From Octopus vulgaris (lineage: Eukaryota): DNA of 64,000 nt. A program made the translations under genes and the position numbers. Shown one piece after another: positions 50,821 through 62,600 of the stretch. The stretch covers positions 10,540,001 through 10,604,000 of the forward strand of contig OX597838.1 of assembly GCA_951406725.2 (NCBI GenBank). Direction: 5' to 3'. The notes under the pieces are model-generated. The model was not told the DNA's origin, did not search any database, and was given only the letters and a program-made list of their open reading frames with translations. Within the stretch, counting starts at the first letter, position 1, and each line of letters opens with the position of its first letter.

Positions 50821-52042
50821 GTCATATCATCCGTCTATGCATTTTAAGGGCTAAGCTGCCAAAATCCCTAGCACTCCTGACAAAACACTTACAGTCATAT
50901 CATCCGTCTATGCATTTTAAGGGGTAAGCTGCCAAAATCCCTAGCACTCCTGACAAAACACAGTCATATCATCCGTCTATGCATTTTAAGGGGTAAGCTG
51001 CCAAAATCCCTAGCACTCCAGACAAAACACTTAGTGTCATATCATCCGTCTATGCATTTTAAGGGGTAAGCTGCCAAAATCCCTAGCACTCCTGACAAAA
51101 CACAGTCATATCATCCGTCTATGCATTTTAAGGGTAAGCTGCCAAAATCCCTAGCACTCCAGACAAAACACTTAGTGTCATATCATCCGTCTATGCATTT
51201 TAAGGGGTAAGCTGCCAAAATCCCTAGCACTCCAGACAAAACACTTAGTGTCATATCATCCGTCTATGCATTTTAAGGGGTAAGCTGCCAAAATCCCTAG
51301 CACTCCAGACAAAACACTTAGTGTCATATCATCCGTCTATGCATTTTAAGGGGCAAGCTGCCAAAATCCCTAGCACTCCTGACAAAACACTTACAGTCAT
51401 ATCATCCGTCTATGCATTTTAAGGGGTAAGCTGCCAAAATCCCTAGCACTCCTGACAAAACACAGTCATATCATCCGTCTATGCATTTTAAGGGTAAGCT
51501 GCCAAAATCCCTAGCACTCCAGACAAAACACTTAGTGTCATATCATCCGTCTATGCATTTTAAGGGTAAGCTGCCAAAATCCCTAGCACTCCTGACAAAA
51601 CACAGTCATATCATCCGTCTATGCATTTTAAGGGGTAAGCTGCCAAAATCCCTAGCACTCCAGACAAAACACTTAGTGTCATATCATCCGTCTATGCATT
51701 TTAAGGGGTAAGCTGCCAAAATCCCTAGCACTCTGGACAAAACACTTAGTGTCATATCATCCGTCTATGCATTTTAAGGGGTAAGCTGCCAAAATCCCTA
51801 GCACTCCAGACAAAACACTTAGTGTCATATCATCCGTCTATGCATTTTAAGGGGCAAGCTGCCAAAATCCCTAGCACTCTGGACAAAACACTTAGTGTCA
51901 TATCATCCGTCTATGCATTTTAAGGGGTAAGCTGCCAAAATCCCTAGCACTCCAGACAAAACACTTAGCGTCATATCATCCGTCTATGCATTTTAAGGGG
52001 TAAGCTGCCAAAATCCCTAGCACTCTGGACAAAAGGCTTAGC
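50821..52042. repeat. Minisatellite, 17 units of about 68-73 bp, derived from the SINE B head
   Basis: Unit gtcatatcatccgtctatgcattttaaggggtaagctgccaaaatccctagcactcc[a/t]gacaaaacac[ttagt/a/ttaca]. Confidence 0.95.
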
Positions 52043-52067
52043 ATCATGTTGTCCATCTTTATGTTTT

Positions 52068-52282
52068 AAGGCGGTGAGCTGGCAGAATGGTCAGCATGCA
52101 GGACAAAATGCTCAGTGGTATTTTGTCTGTCTTCATGCTCTGAGCTCAAATTCTGCTGAGGTCAACTTTGCCTTTCATCCTTTCAGGATAGATAAAATAA
52201 GTACCAGTTGAGTACTAGGGTTGATGTAATCGTCTTAACCCTCCTCCAAATTGCTGGCCTTGTGCCAAAATTTGAAACCAAT
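52068..52282 (+). mobile_element. Older family B-type SINE
   Basis: aaggcggtgagctggcagaa head and ctttgcctttcatcctttc core; 3' end differs from young B copies. Confidence 0.85.
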
Positions 52283-53986
52283 ATAAATAATAAGTGAACA
52301 GTATGTAACTTCATTGACTACTCCTACCTGCAGTATGCAAGGTTGGGTGGAAACTTTGCACAGTACAGGTTGTGTACTGTGCTAGGTACCCTACCTGAAA
52401 GCTAAAATGTCTAAATAAACCTAAGAACTTAATTAAACAACTAAGTGCTTTATTTAATGAAATAGCTAACATATGTTTATTTTTAAGTATCAATTTCTTT
52501 TGAAGTTCAGGGTTGATTTTGGTATTTAAAAATATCAGTCACAACGGAGGGACACAACTGTGAAAAGAAGACTCTGAAGAGCCCAAATATATTCCTTGGT
52601 CTTATTTTCTGCTAATTATATCAGTTCGTTAATGAATTAGTAGGTGGATGCCCAACAAAAAGTTACACTGAAGATGACTCAAAGAAGGGCAGTAAATCTG
52701 CAAAAGAATAGATTCAAGATAGAATTTTTTAATCCACTCAGAGACAGCAATGGTGGCATGGATAAAATGCACCCAGTCCACATTGTAAGACCTGCACAAC
52801 AACAAAGTTTGCAGTCTTTGTTGTTTTTTGAGTCAGATGATGAAAACTGCAGTGAGTAGTGAGGTACTGGGGGACCCATCCAACTCATGCCAGAAAAAAA
52901 TGGGCATATGATGATGATGATGATGATAAGTGTTCAGGTAAGATGCATGTCAAAGAAAGCTTGGGTAATTATAATTAGATTGAACTTTAGAAATGAGCCT
53001 TCCATAAAATATGACAAGATGTATAGAGAGACACTACGGCAAGAAGTTTGCTTCCCAAACACATGGTTCCAGGTTCAGTCCCACTGCATGGTACCTTGGG
53101 AAAGTGTCTAGCCTCAAGTCAAATCAAAGCCTTGTGAATTTTACATGGCGCCAGCAGCTGTAAAGGACAAGCTCATATGTATGGATGACTGCGATTCTAC
53201 TTAGCTTGGCACATCTTCTCAAGTACAGCAAATTACTACAATTCCTGATCCCTTGTCATTTCCTCAGTGAGGCCAAGTGTCTGAACTTTCCAGTTATACA
53301 ATACTCTCGCTATATTCTACAATGAGATGCATCTACTCATGGTAGCCAAGTGGAATAAGTATTTTGAACACTTGTATCCATGCTGGCTGCAATATTTGAA
53401 ACATTGCTCATTTGGCTGGTAGTCTGACACCCTACCGACACAGCCAGCCAGCCAGCTACAGATAAGATAAGATGATAGACAAGAGAATTCCAGTATAAAT
53501 CCATACAATAAAATATAAATAAGAGTTCTTTAATCATTAAAAAAAAAAAAAATGCTAATTTATTTCATTATAAGAACATTTCCAGTAGAGTCTCGAGTTA
53601 ATTAATAGACGAGGAACAGCAAGTGTATAACACAGAGTCGTGTCATGCTATGGGATATTGCCAGAACGAAATTGCTTTCCAATGAAGTGTCAACATAAAT
53701 CACTGCGGTACGACAAGGTTAAGCATGCTAAACTTGTATATATTACAGGCATTTGGTTGTTTACTCGACCAAGGTTATTACAACTATTAGGTTGCTCACT
53801 TAAGCAAAGTTTACTAACTACTACAGCCAACAGTTTGTTTACCTGGACAACGCATACATAATTCCGCTCTTTCAAGCCTGCTTGCCTAACGAGTTCTCAT
53901 TCCACTTTACTTCAGTGGAATGGTTAGCAGCAAAGGTGGAGCAGACATCTATGAATAACAATTGTTCTAAAAGTAGATAATTGCCA

Positions 53987-54300
53987 GTGAAGCCACGTGG
54001 TCTCCTGGTTAGGGTATTTGGCTTACGGTCATAAGATCATGAGTTCAATTCCCGGTGATGCATTGCGTCCTTGAGCAAGACACTTTATTTCACATTGGTC
54101 CAGTCCACTCAGCTGGTAAAAATGAGTTGGGCCTGTAATTCAAAGGGTCAGCCATGTCACATTCTGTGTCTTGCTGAATCTCCTTGAGAACTACGTTAAC
54201 GGTACACAGGTCCGTGGAGTGCTCAGCCACTTGTACATTAATTTCAGGAGCAGGCCGTTCCATTGGTTGTATCAAGCGGAATACTCATCACTGTAATCAA
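53987..54300 (+). mobile_element. Old tRNA-derived SINE with family-C tail
   Basis: B-box gagttcaattcc, ccttgagcaagacactttatttcac middle, C tail; same subtype as 696-1017. Confidence 0.8.
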
Positions 54301-54558
54301 CAAAGAGCCACTAATATAAATGCAATCATGTGAGACAGAAAAATGTGCTTGTTGCTTTTTTCTTTTGAAGTCTTAGAGCAAGACTTATTTGTTAACAAGT
54401 GTGGGCATGGCTTTGTGGTTAAGAAGATCTGCTTCTTATCAAAAAAACTATCTGATCCATGCCAGCATGGAACATGGACATTAAATGACAATGACGACGA
54501 TGGCTAAAAAAAAAAAAAAAAAAACCACAATTGAAAGCAGTATTATTTTCATAACTGA

Positions 54559-54647
54559 GTGGGGGTAAGTGGTGGTGGTGGTGGGGGTAAGTGGTGGTGG
54601 TGGTGGGGGTAAGTGGTGGTGGTGGTGGGGGTAAGTGGTGGTGGTGA
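54559..54647. repeat. G-rich 21-bp tandem repeat (ggggtaagtggtggtggtggt)n, about 4 copies
   Basis: Direct inspection. Confidence 0.9.
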
Positions 54648-54908
54648 AAGGTAGAGGGGTGGTGGTGTTATGCAATAATTAAATAATAGAAATAACCAAA
54701 AGAATCTCATAAAATAACAACACATACAAACAACCAAACAAAAGCAAGGGAATTAAACAAAAAACTATTAACGAAATCCATCAACAATGAATATAGACAA
54801 ACAATTTTTTTGTCATAGAAATGGCTATCACCTGCCTCAGTTTAGTCAGTGAGAAGTAACAAACAAGGCCAATATATACTAAACACTGAAAAACAATGTG
54901 TGTATGTG

Positions 54909-54948
<40 letters not shown>

Positions 54949-55357
54949 TAAACAGGGTGGTGTAAAAGTTATGTACCACCCTGATCACGAGAAAAACCGT
55001 TTATGTAAGAGATATGATAATCTTTTATTTACAACAAACATGATCACAAAAATTATTAACTCACAACAAAAAAAATAGCTACAATAATTGTTCAAACTGA
55101 TTCCTCTCGCATTCATTACATTTCTGAAGATGGAACCAAAGAGAATTTTGGACATTATTCCTGACTTCACTGTCGTTCTTTGCTCATTGGACTCATGTTT
55201 TCTTTTAATTCTTGGACAAGTTGTACAGAAAACAGACTTAAGGTGCCCCCATAAGAAAACGTCAAGGGGTGTTAGGTCTGGGTATATCAGAGGCTAAGAC
55301 ATAGGACCTTGTCGGTCAATCCATCAATTGGTGAAATTTTGTACAATGTTGGTAAAG

Positions 55358-55783
55358 TTATTTCTTTAACCCTTTAGCATTCAAACCGGCCATATCCGGC
55401 CAAAATATTTAACCTGTTTTATATCGAAACTGACCAGATCTGGCCTCTCACCTCAGCCCTACCATGTCGTTCTAAAACTAAAAAAACCACATCACTGAAA
55501 TCTTTAAACTACAAGATAATGCAGGATTAATTCAAACCATTTTAAATAAACAAACATCACATTTGACAGAATAATCTGAACACTAAAAGGTTAAACAAGG
55601 ACAGACAAACGGATTAAGTTGATTACATCAACCCCAGTGCGTAACTGGTACTTGATTTATCGACCCCGAAAGGATGAAAGGCAAAGTCGACCTTGGCGGA
55701 ATTTGAACTCAGAACGTAACGGCAGACAAAATACGGCTACGCATTTCGCCTGGCGTGCTAACCATTCTGCCAGCTGGCTGCCT
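55358..55783 (-). mobile_element. Family B SINE with a nested MITE
   Basis: TSD tacaatgttggtaa at 55342-55355 and 55784-55797. Confidence 0.88.
55366..55594. mobile_element. piggyBac-type MITE, family E
   Basis: TTAA ends; homologous to 21120-21349. Confidence 0.88.
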
Positions 55784-55920
55784 TACAATGTTGGTAAGTG
55801 CGACAGTGCTCCATCCTGCTGAAACCATGTCTGAGCACTTTCTTCAATGTCAATAAATAAGCATTACATTCGACACGGAAATTTAAAGGCTGAAGAGTTA
55901 AACAAATACAGGATATTAAA

Positions 55921-56331
55921 TACTCTTTACTCTTTTACTTGTTTCAGTCATTTGACTGTGGCCATGCTGGAGCACCGCCTTTAGTCGAGCAAATCGACCC
56001 CGGGACTTATTGTTTGTAAGCCCAGTACTTATTCTAATGGTCTCTTTTGCCGAACCACTAAGTGACGGGGACGTAAACACACCAGCATCGGTTGTCAAGC
56101 AATGCTAGGGGGACAAACACAGACACACAAACACACACACACATACATATATATATACATATATACGATAGGCTTCTTTCAGTTTCCGTCTACCAAATCC
56201 ACTCACAAGGCATTGGTCGGCCCGGGGCTATAGCAGAAGACACTTGCCCAAGATGCCACGCAGCGGGACTGAACCCAGAACCATGTGGTTGGTTAGCAAG
56301 CTACTTACCACACAGCCACTCCTGCGCCTAT
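55921..56331 (-). mobile_element. Family A SINE
   Basis: Full-length reverse-strand copy. Confidence 0.92.
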
Positions 56332-56571
56332 GAAGTATATTTCAACAATTCTACTTTCTGACATGGATCAGTATTTATGCTCCATACGACCGATGCTCTC
56401 GGTTCTCTTAGCAGCAGCAGCAGACACAGCGAAGAGTAACTTTAAGCTAAACAAACAGAGGACCGCTTGGAATTTTGGTATAGCCACTAACAAGTGCAGT
56501 ATTAATAAATACATGGTGCACATAATGGCACCTGTAATTGGACAGTGAATTAGACAGGTATTTGTGAGAAT

Positions 56572-56801
56572 GGCGGCGAGCTGGCAGAAACGTTAGCACG
56601 CTGGGCGAAATGCGTAGCCGCATTTTGGCTGCCGTTACGTTGTAAGTTCAAATTCCGCCGAGGTTGACTTTGCCTTTCATCCTTTCGGGGTCGATAAATT
56701 AAGTACCAGTTACGCACTGGGGTCGATGTAATCGACTTAATACCTATGTCTGTCCTTGTTTGTCCCCTCTGTGTTTAGCCCCTTGTGGGTAATAAAGAAA
56801 T
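56572..56801 (+). mobile_element. Family B SINE, full length
   Basis: 16-bp TSD aggtatttgtgagaat at 56556-56571 and 56802-56817. Confidence 0.93.
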
Positions 56802-57034
56802 AGGTATTTGTGAGAATTTCAATTCTTCCTTGTGATTTATCTGGATTAAAGGAAATCCTGGACCATCAGTTGCTGGAAAATCAATGGTGTACTAGTGTTA
56901 AACATATTCCCCTCCATAGCTGAGTGAAGACGGTGCTGAAGAATTAAATATCTTGGCCCATATACACAAACCGAACCACAAACAGCAGATATGAACTCAT
57001 CAATAAAATATAAACACAGTTGTTTCACCCCTCA

Positions 57035-57650
57035 TCATCATTATCATCATTATCATCACCATTTAACATCTGTTTTCCATGCTGGCATGGGTTGGACAGT
57101 TTGACCAGAGCTGGCAAGCAAGAGAGCTGTACCAGGTTCCAGTGTGATTTGGCTTGGCTTCTGTGGCTGGATGCTCTTCCTAATGCCATCCACTTTACAG
57201 AGTATGCAGAGTGCTGTTTACAGCAAAGGTGCTTTTACATGGTGCCAGCATGGGTACTTAATATGAAATAAAACCATTAACATATTGTTAAGACTAAATT
57301 TTAAACATCAATTCAGAACACATCATCATCGTTTAGCGTCCGCTTTCCATGCTGGCATTGGTTGGAAGGTGCAACTGGGGTCTGGGAAGCCAGAAGGCTG
57401 CGCCAGGCCCAGTCTGATCTGGCAATGTTTCTACGGCTGGATGCCCTTCCTAACGCCAACCACTCCATGAGTGTAGTGGGTGCTTTTTACGTGCCAGACG
57501 AGGCTGGCAAACAGCCACGATCGGATGGTGCTTTTTACGTGCCACCAGCATGGAAGCCAGTCGGGGCGGCACTGGCAACAGCCACGTTCGGATGGTTCTC
57601 TTATGTGCCACCGGCACTGGTATCACAGCTACAATTTCCATTGATGTTGA
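57035..57650 (-). mobile_element. Two family D retroposons (about 57035-57250, old; about 57321-57650)
   Basis: (ATC)n starts, ggatgcccttcctaacgcc core, internal ttttacgtgcca repeats. Confidence 0.8.
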
Positions 57651-58070
57651 AATATTAATTATATATTTCTCACACAATATTTGATAATCTATTATATGCA
57701 TTAAACACACTTTGTGTTGCTGTGAACATGACATTCTGAATGTTTAAAAGAATCTGTTTGATTCAGAGAGCATGTGATATGGTTGGCCTGAACAGTGTCT
57801 TAAGTAGACTCAAATTCTGATAACTTGCTCCATCATCATGCTCTCTTATTGGGTCTTTATTTAAGATAATCTTCACTGTAAAACTGAGCATGTTTATAAA
57901 TAAATAAATAAATAAATAAGAGATTAGGTGTATAGAATATTTCCCTGAAGGATGCTGTTGGTTCTGAGATTCATAAAAGAATTGCTGAGAACATCTGTCT
58001 ACAAACAGTTGTTACAAGACTAAGAAAAGAAAAAGAAATTCAAATTTTCTATACAAACTACATGTTCCCA

Positions 58071-58437
58071 ATCATCATCATCATCATCGTTTAACGTCCG
58101 TTCTCCATGCTAGCATGGGTTGGACGGTTCGACCGGGGATCTGGGGAGCCAGAAGGCTGCACCAGGTTCCGGTCTTATCTGGCAATGTTTCTACAGCTGG
58201 ATGCCCTTCCTAACACCAACCACTCCGTGAGTGTAGTGGGTGCTTTTTACGTGCCACCTGCACTGGTGCCAGGCGAGGCTGGCATCGGCCACGGTCGGAT
58301 TGGTGCATTTTACGTGCCACCTGCACGGAAGCCAGTCGAGGCGGCACTGGCTTCGGCCACGATTCGGATGGTGCTTTCTACGTGCCACCGACACGGAAGC
58401 CAGTCGAGGCGGCGCTGGCATCGGCCACGATTCGGAT
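58071..58437 (-). mobile_element. Family D retroposon
   Basis: Near-identical to 7555-7856 with one extra internal repeat. Confidence 0.88.
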
Positions 58438-58644
58438 AGTGCCAATATATATAGTATTTCCGTGAACAGAAATCTTTGAGAATTTACCAGCTTTTTGTTC
58501 ACCATCTTACTGAAAATGGATTGCTTCCAGCTACATAGAAAAAAAAAAAACAGTACTCTCATGAGGGTGTGCTAATTTGCATATCAGTGTTAGTTTGACA
58601 AACGCCCAGAGATATTACTAACAACACAAACATGGCAGGACCTT

Positions 58645-58887
58645 TCTTTTATCTTTGTCAGTCACTAGACTGTGGCCATGCTGGGGCATCACTTTGAAGA
58701 ATTGTAGATGGACTTATTGACGCCAGGACTTATTTTCTGTAAAGTCTGGTACTTATTCTATTGGTCTCTTTTGCTGAACTGCTAAGTTACAGGCACATAA
58801 ACACACCAATACTGGTTGTCAAAGTGGTGGTGGGACACATGCACATGCATGCACACACACGTGTATGTGTGTGTATGTATGTATGTA

Positions 58888-58931
<44 letters not shown>

Positions 58932-59570
58932 AGGCTTCTTTCTGTTGCTATCTACCAGATACACTGACAATGCTTTGGTCAGCCTGAGACTATTGTAGAA
59001 GAAACTTATCCAAGGTTTCCATGGACAGTGAGGCTCACCAATGGAGAAGTTCTTAAGCAGATCAGGCCGAAAATGTCGCTAGAAGCTAGGATCACCAAGC
59101 ATAGATTGGCATATTTCAGTTATATTATGCGGAGAAAATCCCTGGAGAAGGACATCATGCTCGGAATGGTCAGTGGCAAGAGAGGAAGAGGCCGAGCAAG
59201 AACCCGCTGGCTTGACACCATCAAGAGTGATACCAGAATGGATATAGCCAATCTGAAAGAAGCGGCCCAGGATAGAACTGACTGGAGGACACTGATCCAA
59301 CGAGTAACTGAGAGTCAACTTTGACTGAGCGGATATATATACGGAATGGTCAGTGGCAAGAGAGGAAGAGGCCGACCAAGAACCCGCTGGCTTGACACCA
59401 TCAAGAGTGATACCGGAATGGACATAGCCAATCTGAAAGAAGCGACCCAGGAGAGAACTGACTGGGGGACACTGATCCAACGAGTGACCGAGAGTCGACC
59501 TCGACTGTGCGGACAGAGAGAGAGAGAGACACAGTGGGACTGAACCCAGAACCATGTAGATGGGAAGTAA
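58645..59570 (-). mobile_element. Old family A SINE interrupted by RTE 3' ends
   Basis: A sequence ..ccaaggtttcca (about 59020) resumes as cagtgggactgaacccagaaccatg (about 59532). Confidence 0.8.
59020..59513 (+). mobile_element. RTE (BovB-like) LINE 3' end, present twice in tandem
   Basis: RLAYFSYIMRRKSLEKDIMLGMVSGKRGRGRARTRWLDTIK..DRTDWRTLIQRVTES; second copy at 59342-59513. Confidence 0.9.
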
Positions 59571-60289
59571 GCTGTGTTGGCTGTTATATTATTAGGTAGT
59601 GATTATATAAGATATACATTGTGCTCTTAAAATGAAAGTGATCTGTGTAGGATGTGGGCTATACATACCAGGACTATCAAGGTAAGAGCCCTGGTTTGGG
59701 TTTTAGGACTCTTGTTCTTTTCTATCATACTTAGCTCATTATTGTTGTTATATATACACGCTTATGTGTATATACATAGACACACACACGTGCATATACA
59801 TACGGGCATATACATACACACACATGCATACATGTGTATATACATACAATACATACACACGTGTATACACACACATTCACATGTATACTCACACACATGC
59901 ACACATGTATACACATTCACATGTATACACACTCACATGTATACACACATTCCTATATATATATATATATACATGTGCGCCCCCATACACACACACAGAA
60001 ATATAGGCATATCCATACACATACATACATACATACATACATAGAAACACATGCATACGCATATATTTACTGACATGTACAGACAGACAGACAGAAACAA
60101 ACATCTGATCACAGCTGAAACAGTTTTTTTATTATAGATCTGGTGGATCAAGGCTAACCTGTTATCAGTCAAAACAGAAAAAAAACAGACATTTCTGACC
60201 CAGTTTATTTCACCTGTATGAAACATTGCTACCAGAAACAGTTTGCATTTACTGGTTTTCCGGCAAAGATCGAAGACAGAATAAAAACT

Positions 60290-60640
60290 GAATGGGGTTG
60301 CATCAGGGACTGAAACAGTTTGCTTCATGCCCCTGCTTGATGGGGCAAGGGTCAGCCCAGGTTAGCGGCCCCAGAGACACAATCATGCATAGAGCTGAAC
60401 AGGTTCACCAATGCTCTCCCATTGCTGGCCATCCCATGCGAAGTCCCTCTGCAACCCTTAAGGTGATATCAAGCCTCTGGAGATCTCTCCCAATCATGCC
60501 CAGCCATCTGGTGCAGGGCCTGCTATGAGGCCTCTTCCAGCTTGCAGCTGTTGCGTTGAATGAGGGTAAAGCCCTGGCAGGAGATGGAGGGCATGTCCAT
60601 ACCAGCTATGAGGTGGGAGGTTGCAGGCTGACGCATGCAC
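60290..60640 (-). pseudogene. RTE-like LINE 3' fragment
   Basis: WYGHAL and WKRPHSRPCTRWLGMIGRDL on the minus strand, frameshifted. Confidence 0.65.
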
Positions 60641-60651
60641 GCCTCAGTGAA

Positions 60652-60771
60652 ATCATCATCATCATCATCATCGTTTAGCGTCCGCTTTCCATGCTAGCAT
60701 GGGTTGGACGGTTCAACTGGGGTCTGGGAAGCCAGAAGGTTGCATCAGGCTCAGTCTGATCTGGCAATGTT
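60652..60771 (-). mobile_element. Family D 3' fragment
   Basis: (ATC)n gtttagcgtccgctttccatgctagc. Confidence 0.85.
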
Positions 60772-61067
60772 TAGAGAAACTAAATGATTTCAGCAAAGGA
60801 ACTTTTGTTTCATCTCCCCAAGTCTTACTTGGTTGAGTATAGATTTAGTGTTGTTGACGATTTGCCAAAAGAAGCAGACTTGAAATTAGAAAACATCGTG
60901 ATTCACAGCTGAAGCAAACAAATTTGTCTCCTCGGATTAAAGAAATCTGCTGCAGTCACCAGGCACAAGGTTCTCATTAAAGTCATTTTCATTTTCTTAG
61001 TCAATAATGTACTTTTTTGTAATCAGTACTTAATAAAAGACTTACTGTTAGATTCTTTTGTATTAAA

Positions 61068-61193
61068 TACTCTCTTTACTCTTTTACATGTTTCAGTCAT
61101 TTGACTGTGGCCATGCTGGAGCACCGCCTCTAGTCGAGCAAATCGACCCCGGGACTTATTCTTTGTAAGCCTAGTACCTATTCTATCGGTCTC
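61068..61193 (-). mobile_element. Family A SINE 3' fragment
   Basis: Matches the A tail. Confidence 0.88.
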
Positions 61194-61442
61194 AAATAAT
61201 TGTGGTAAGATAATAAAAAATATTGTGGGTTTTTTCCAACCACTGGTGGGGTATACATTTTTCTGGAAAGTTATAGTGGGGCCTAGGGAAAACTAGGTTG
61301 GGAAACACTGGACTAAACCCTTCATGGTGGTTCTAGCAGCTTAATAGAAGTTACAATACCAGAGAAAACACTGAAGTTGAAGAAAACACACGATGCATAT
61401 GGAGAGACTGTTGACCAAACAAAGATCACACACATTTTTATA

Positions 61443-61648
61443 TTACTCTTTACTCTTTTACTTGTTTCAGTCATTTGATTGCGGCCATGCTGGAGCACCG
61501 CCTTTAGTCGAGCAACTCGACCCCGGGACTTATTCTTTTTGTAAGCCCAGTACTTATTCTATCAGTCTCTTTTTACCGAACCGCTAAGTGACGGGGACGT
61601 AAACACACGAGCATCGGTTGTCAAGCAATGCTAGGGGAACAAACACAG

Positions 61649-61687
<39 letters not shown>

Positions 61688-61853
61688 CATATATACGACA
61701 GGCTTCTTTCAGTTTCCGTCTACCAAATCCACTCACAAGGCATTGGTCGGCCCGGGGCTATAGCAGAAGACACTTGCCCAAGATGCCATGCAGTGGGACT
61801 GAACCCGGAACCATGTGGTTGGTTAGCAAGCTACTTACCACACAGCCACTCCT
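61443..61853 (-). mobile_element. Family A SINE
   Basis: Full-length reverse-strand copy. Confidence 0.92.
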
Positions 61854-62409
61854 GTGGGAATTTTCAGAAAAGATTCTCAATATTGAGGAGGAATGGCAGA
61901 GATGGAGTGGCAGATTGGCGGTGGGGATTATAATGTTAGAGGAAATGAAAATAAAGAAATTTAAAAACTAACAACATTGAAAAAAAACAACAAAAGAAAC
62001 AGACAGCAAAGTATGAGAACCACAACATTTGTTTGTGGTTTTCTAGCAATGGTTATTTGTTCTCAAAATCAGATACGTTAATCTCTTGAGTTATTAGGCC
62101 ATCTGCTCCATCAATTGATAGCAATACCATTAGAACTGGTGAAATGCCAATAATTATAGCCCCATCACCATCACCACCATGTTTCCTTGATATGACAAGA
62201 GATAGAGAATAGAGAAAACGAGAAGCGGTATTTAGTATTTTCTCGATAGGCATATGGCCAAGTTTCTTGGTAGGAGAGACCTCCAGCATATCACTGGTAA
62301 TGAATGACAGAGTCAACCCAGATGGAATTTGAACTCTCTGATATAGTTGCTATTATTAACTCGTCGAGAATATATATATATATCGTTTATTTTTTCATTT
62401 CTTTCCTTT

Positions 62410-62600
62410 CTACCATAGTTACAAGGCCTGAAATTTTGCAGGGGGGGGGGGTGTTAGTTGATTACACCAAGTCCAGTGCTCAACTGGTACTTATTTTAAT
62501 TGACTGTGAAAGGATGAGAAGTGAAGTCAACAACCTCAGTGGAATTTGAACTCAGAAAGCAAAGATTGATGTAATACTGCTAAGCAGCACTTTGCCAGTT
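62410..62600 (-). mobile_element. Old family B-type SINE
   Basis: caactggtacttatttt..gaaaggatga..ggaatttgaactcagaa; same subtype as 52068-52282. Confidence 0.72.

Larger units (their letters stand above)
54948..55850 (-). pseudogene. Tc1/mariner-superfamily transposase C-terminal relic and terminus, interrupted by SINE B
   Basis: FQQDGALSH and WIDRQGPMS*PLIYPDLTPLDVFLWGHLKS (cf. WPPRSPDLTPLDFFLWG); terminus cagggtg. Confidence 0.82.

Noticed and set aside
50821-52042. CRISPR-like array or repeat protein (ORF 51481-51711)
   Set aside because: Head-to-tail units without spacers; unit lengths shift the frame; derived from the SINE B head.
3021-61971. Recurrent peptides RQASFSFRLPNPLTRHWSARGYSRRHLPK and DRLLSVSVYQIHSQG suggesting a gene family
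   Set aside because: Antisense translations of SINE A copies.
62053-62316. 87-aa non-repetitive ORF
   Set aside because: No recognisable motif or convincing splice context; the length is compatible with chance.
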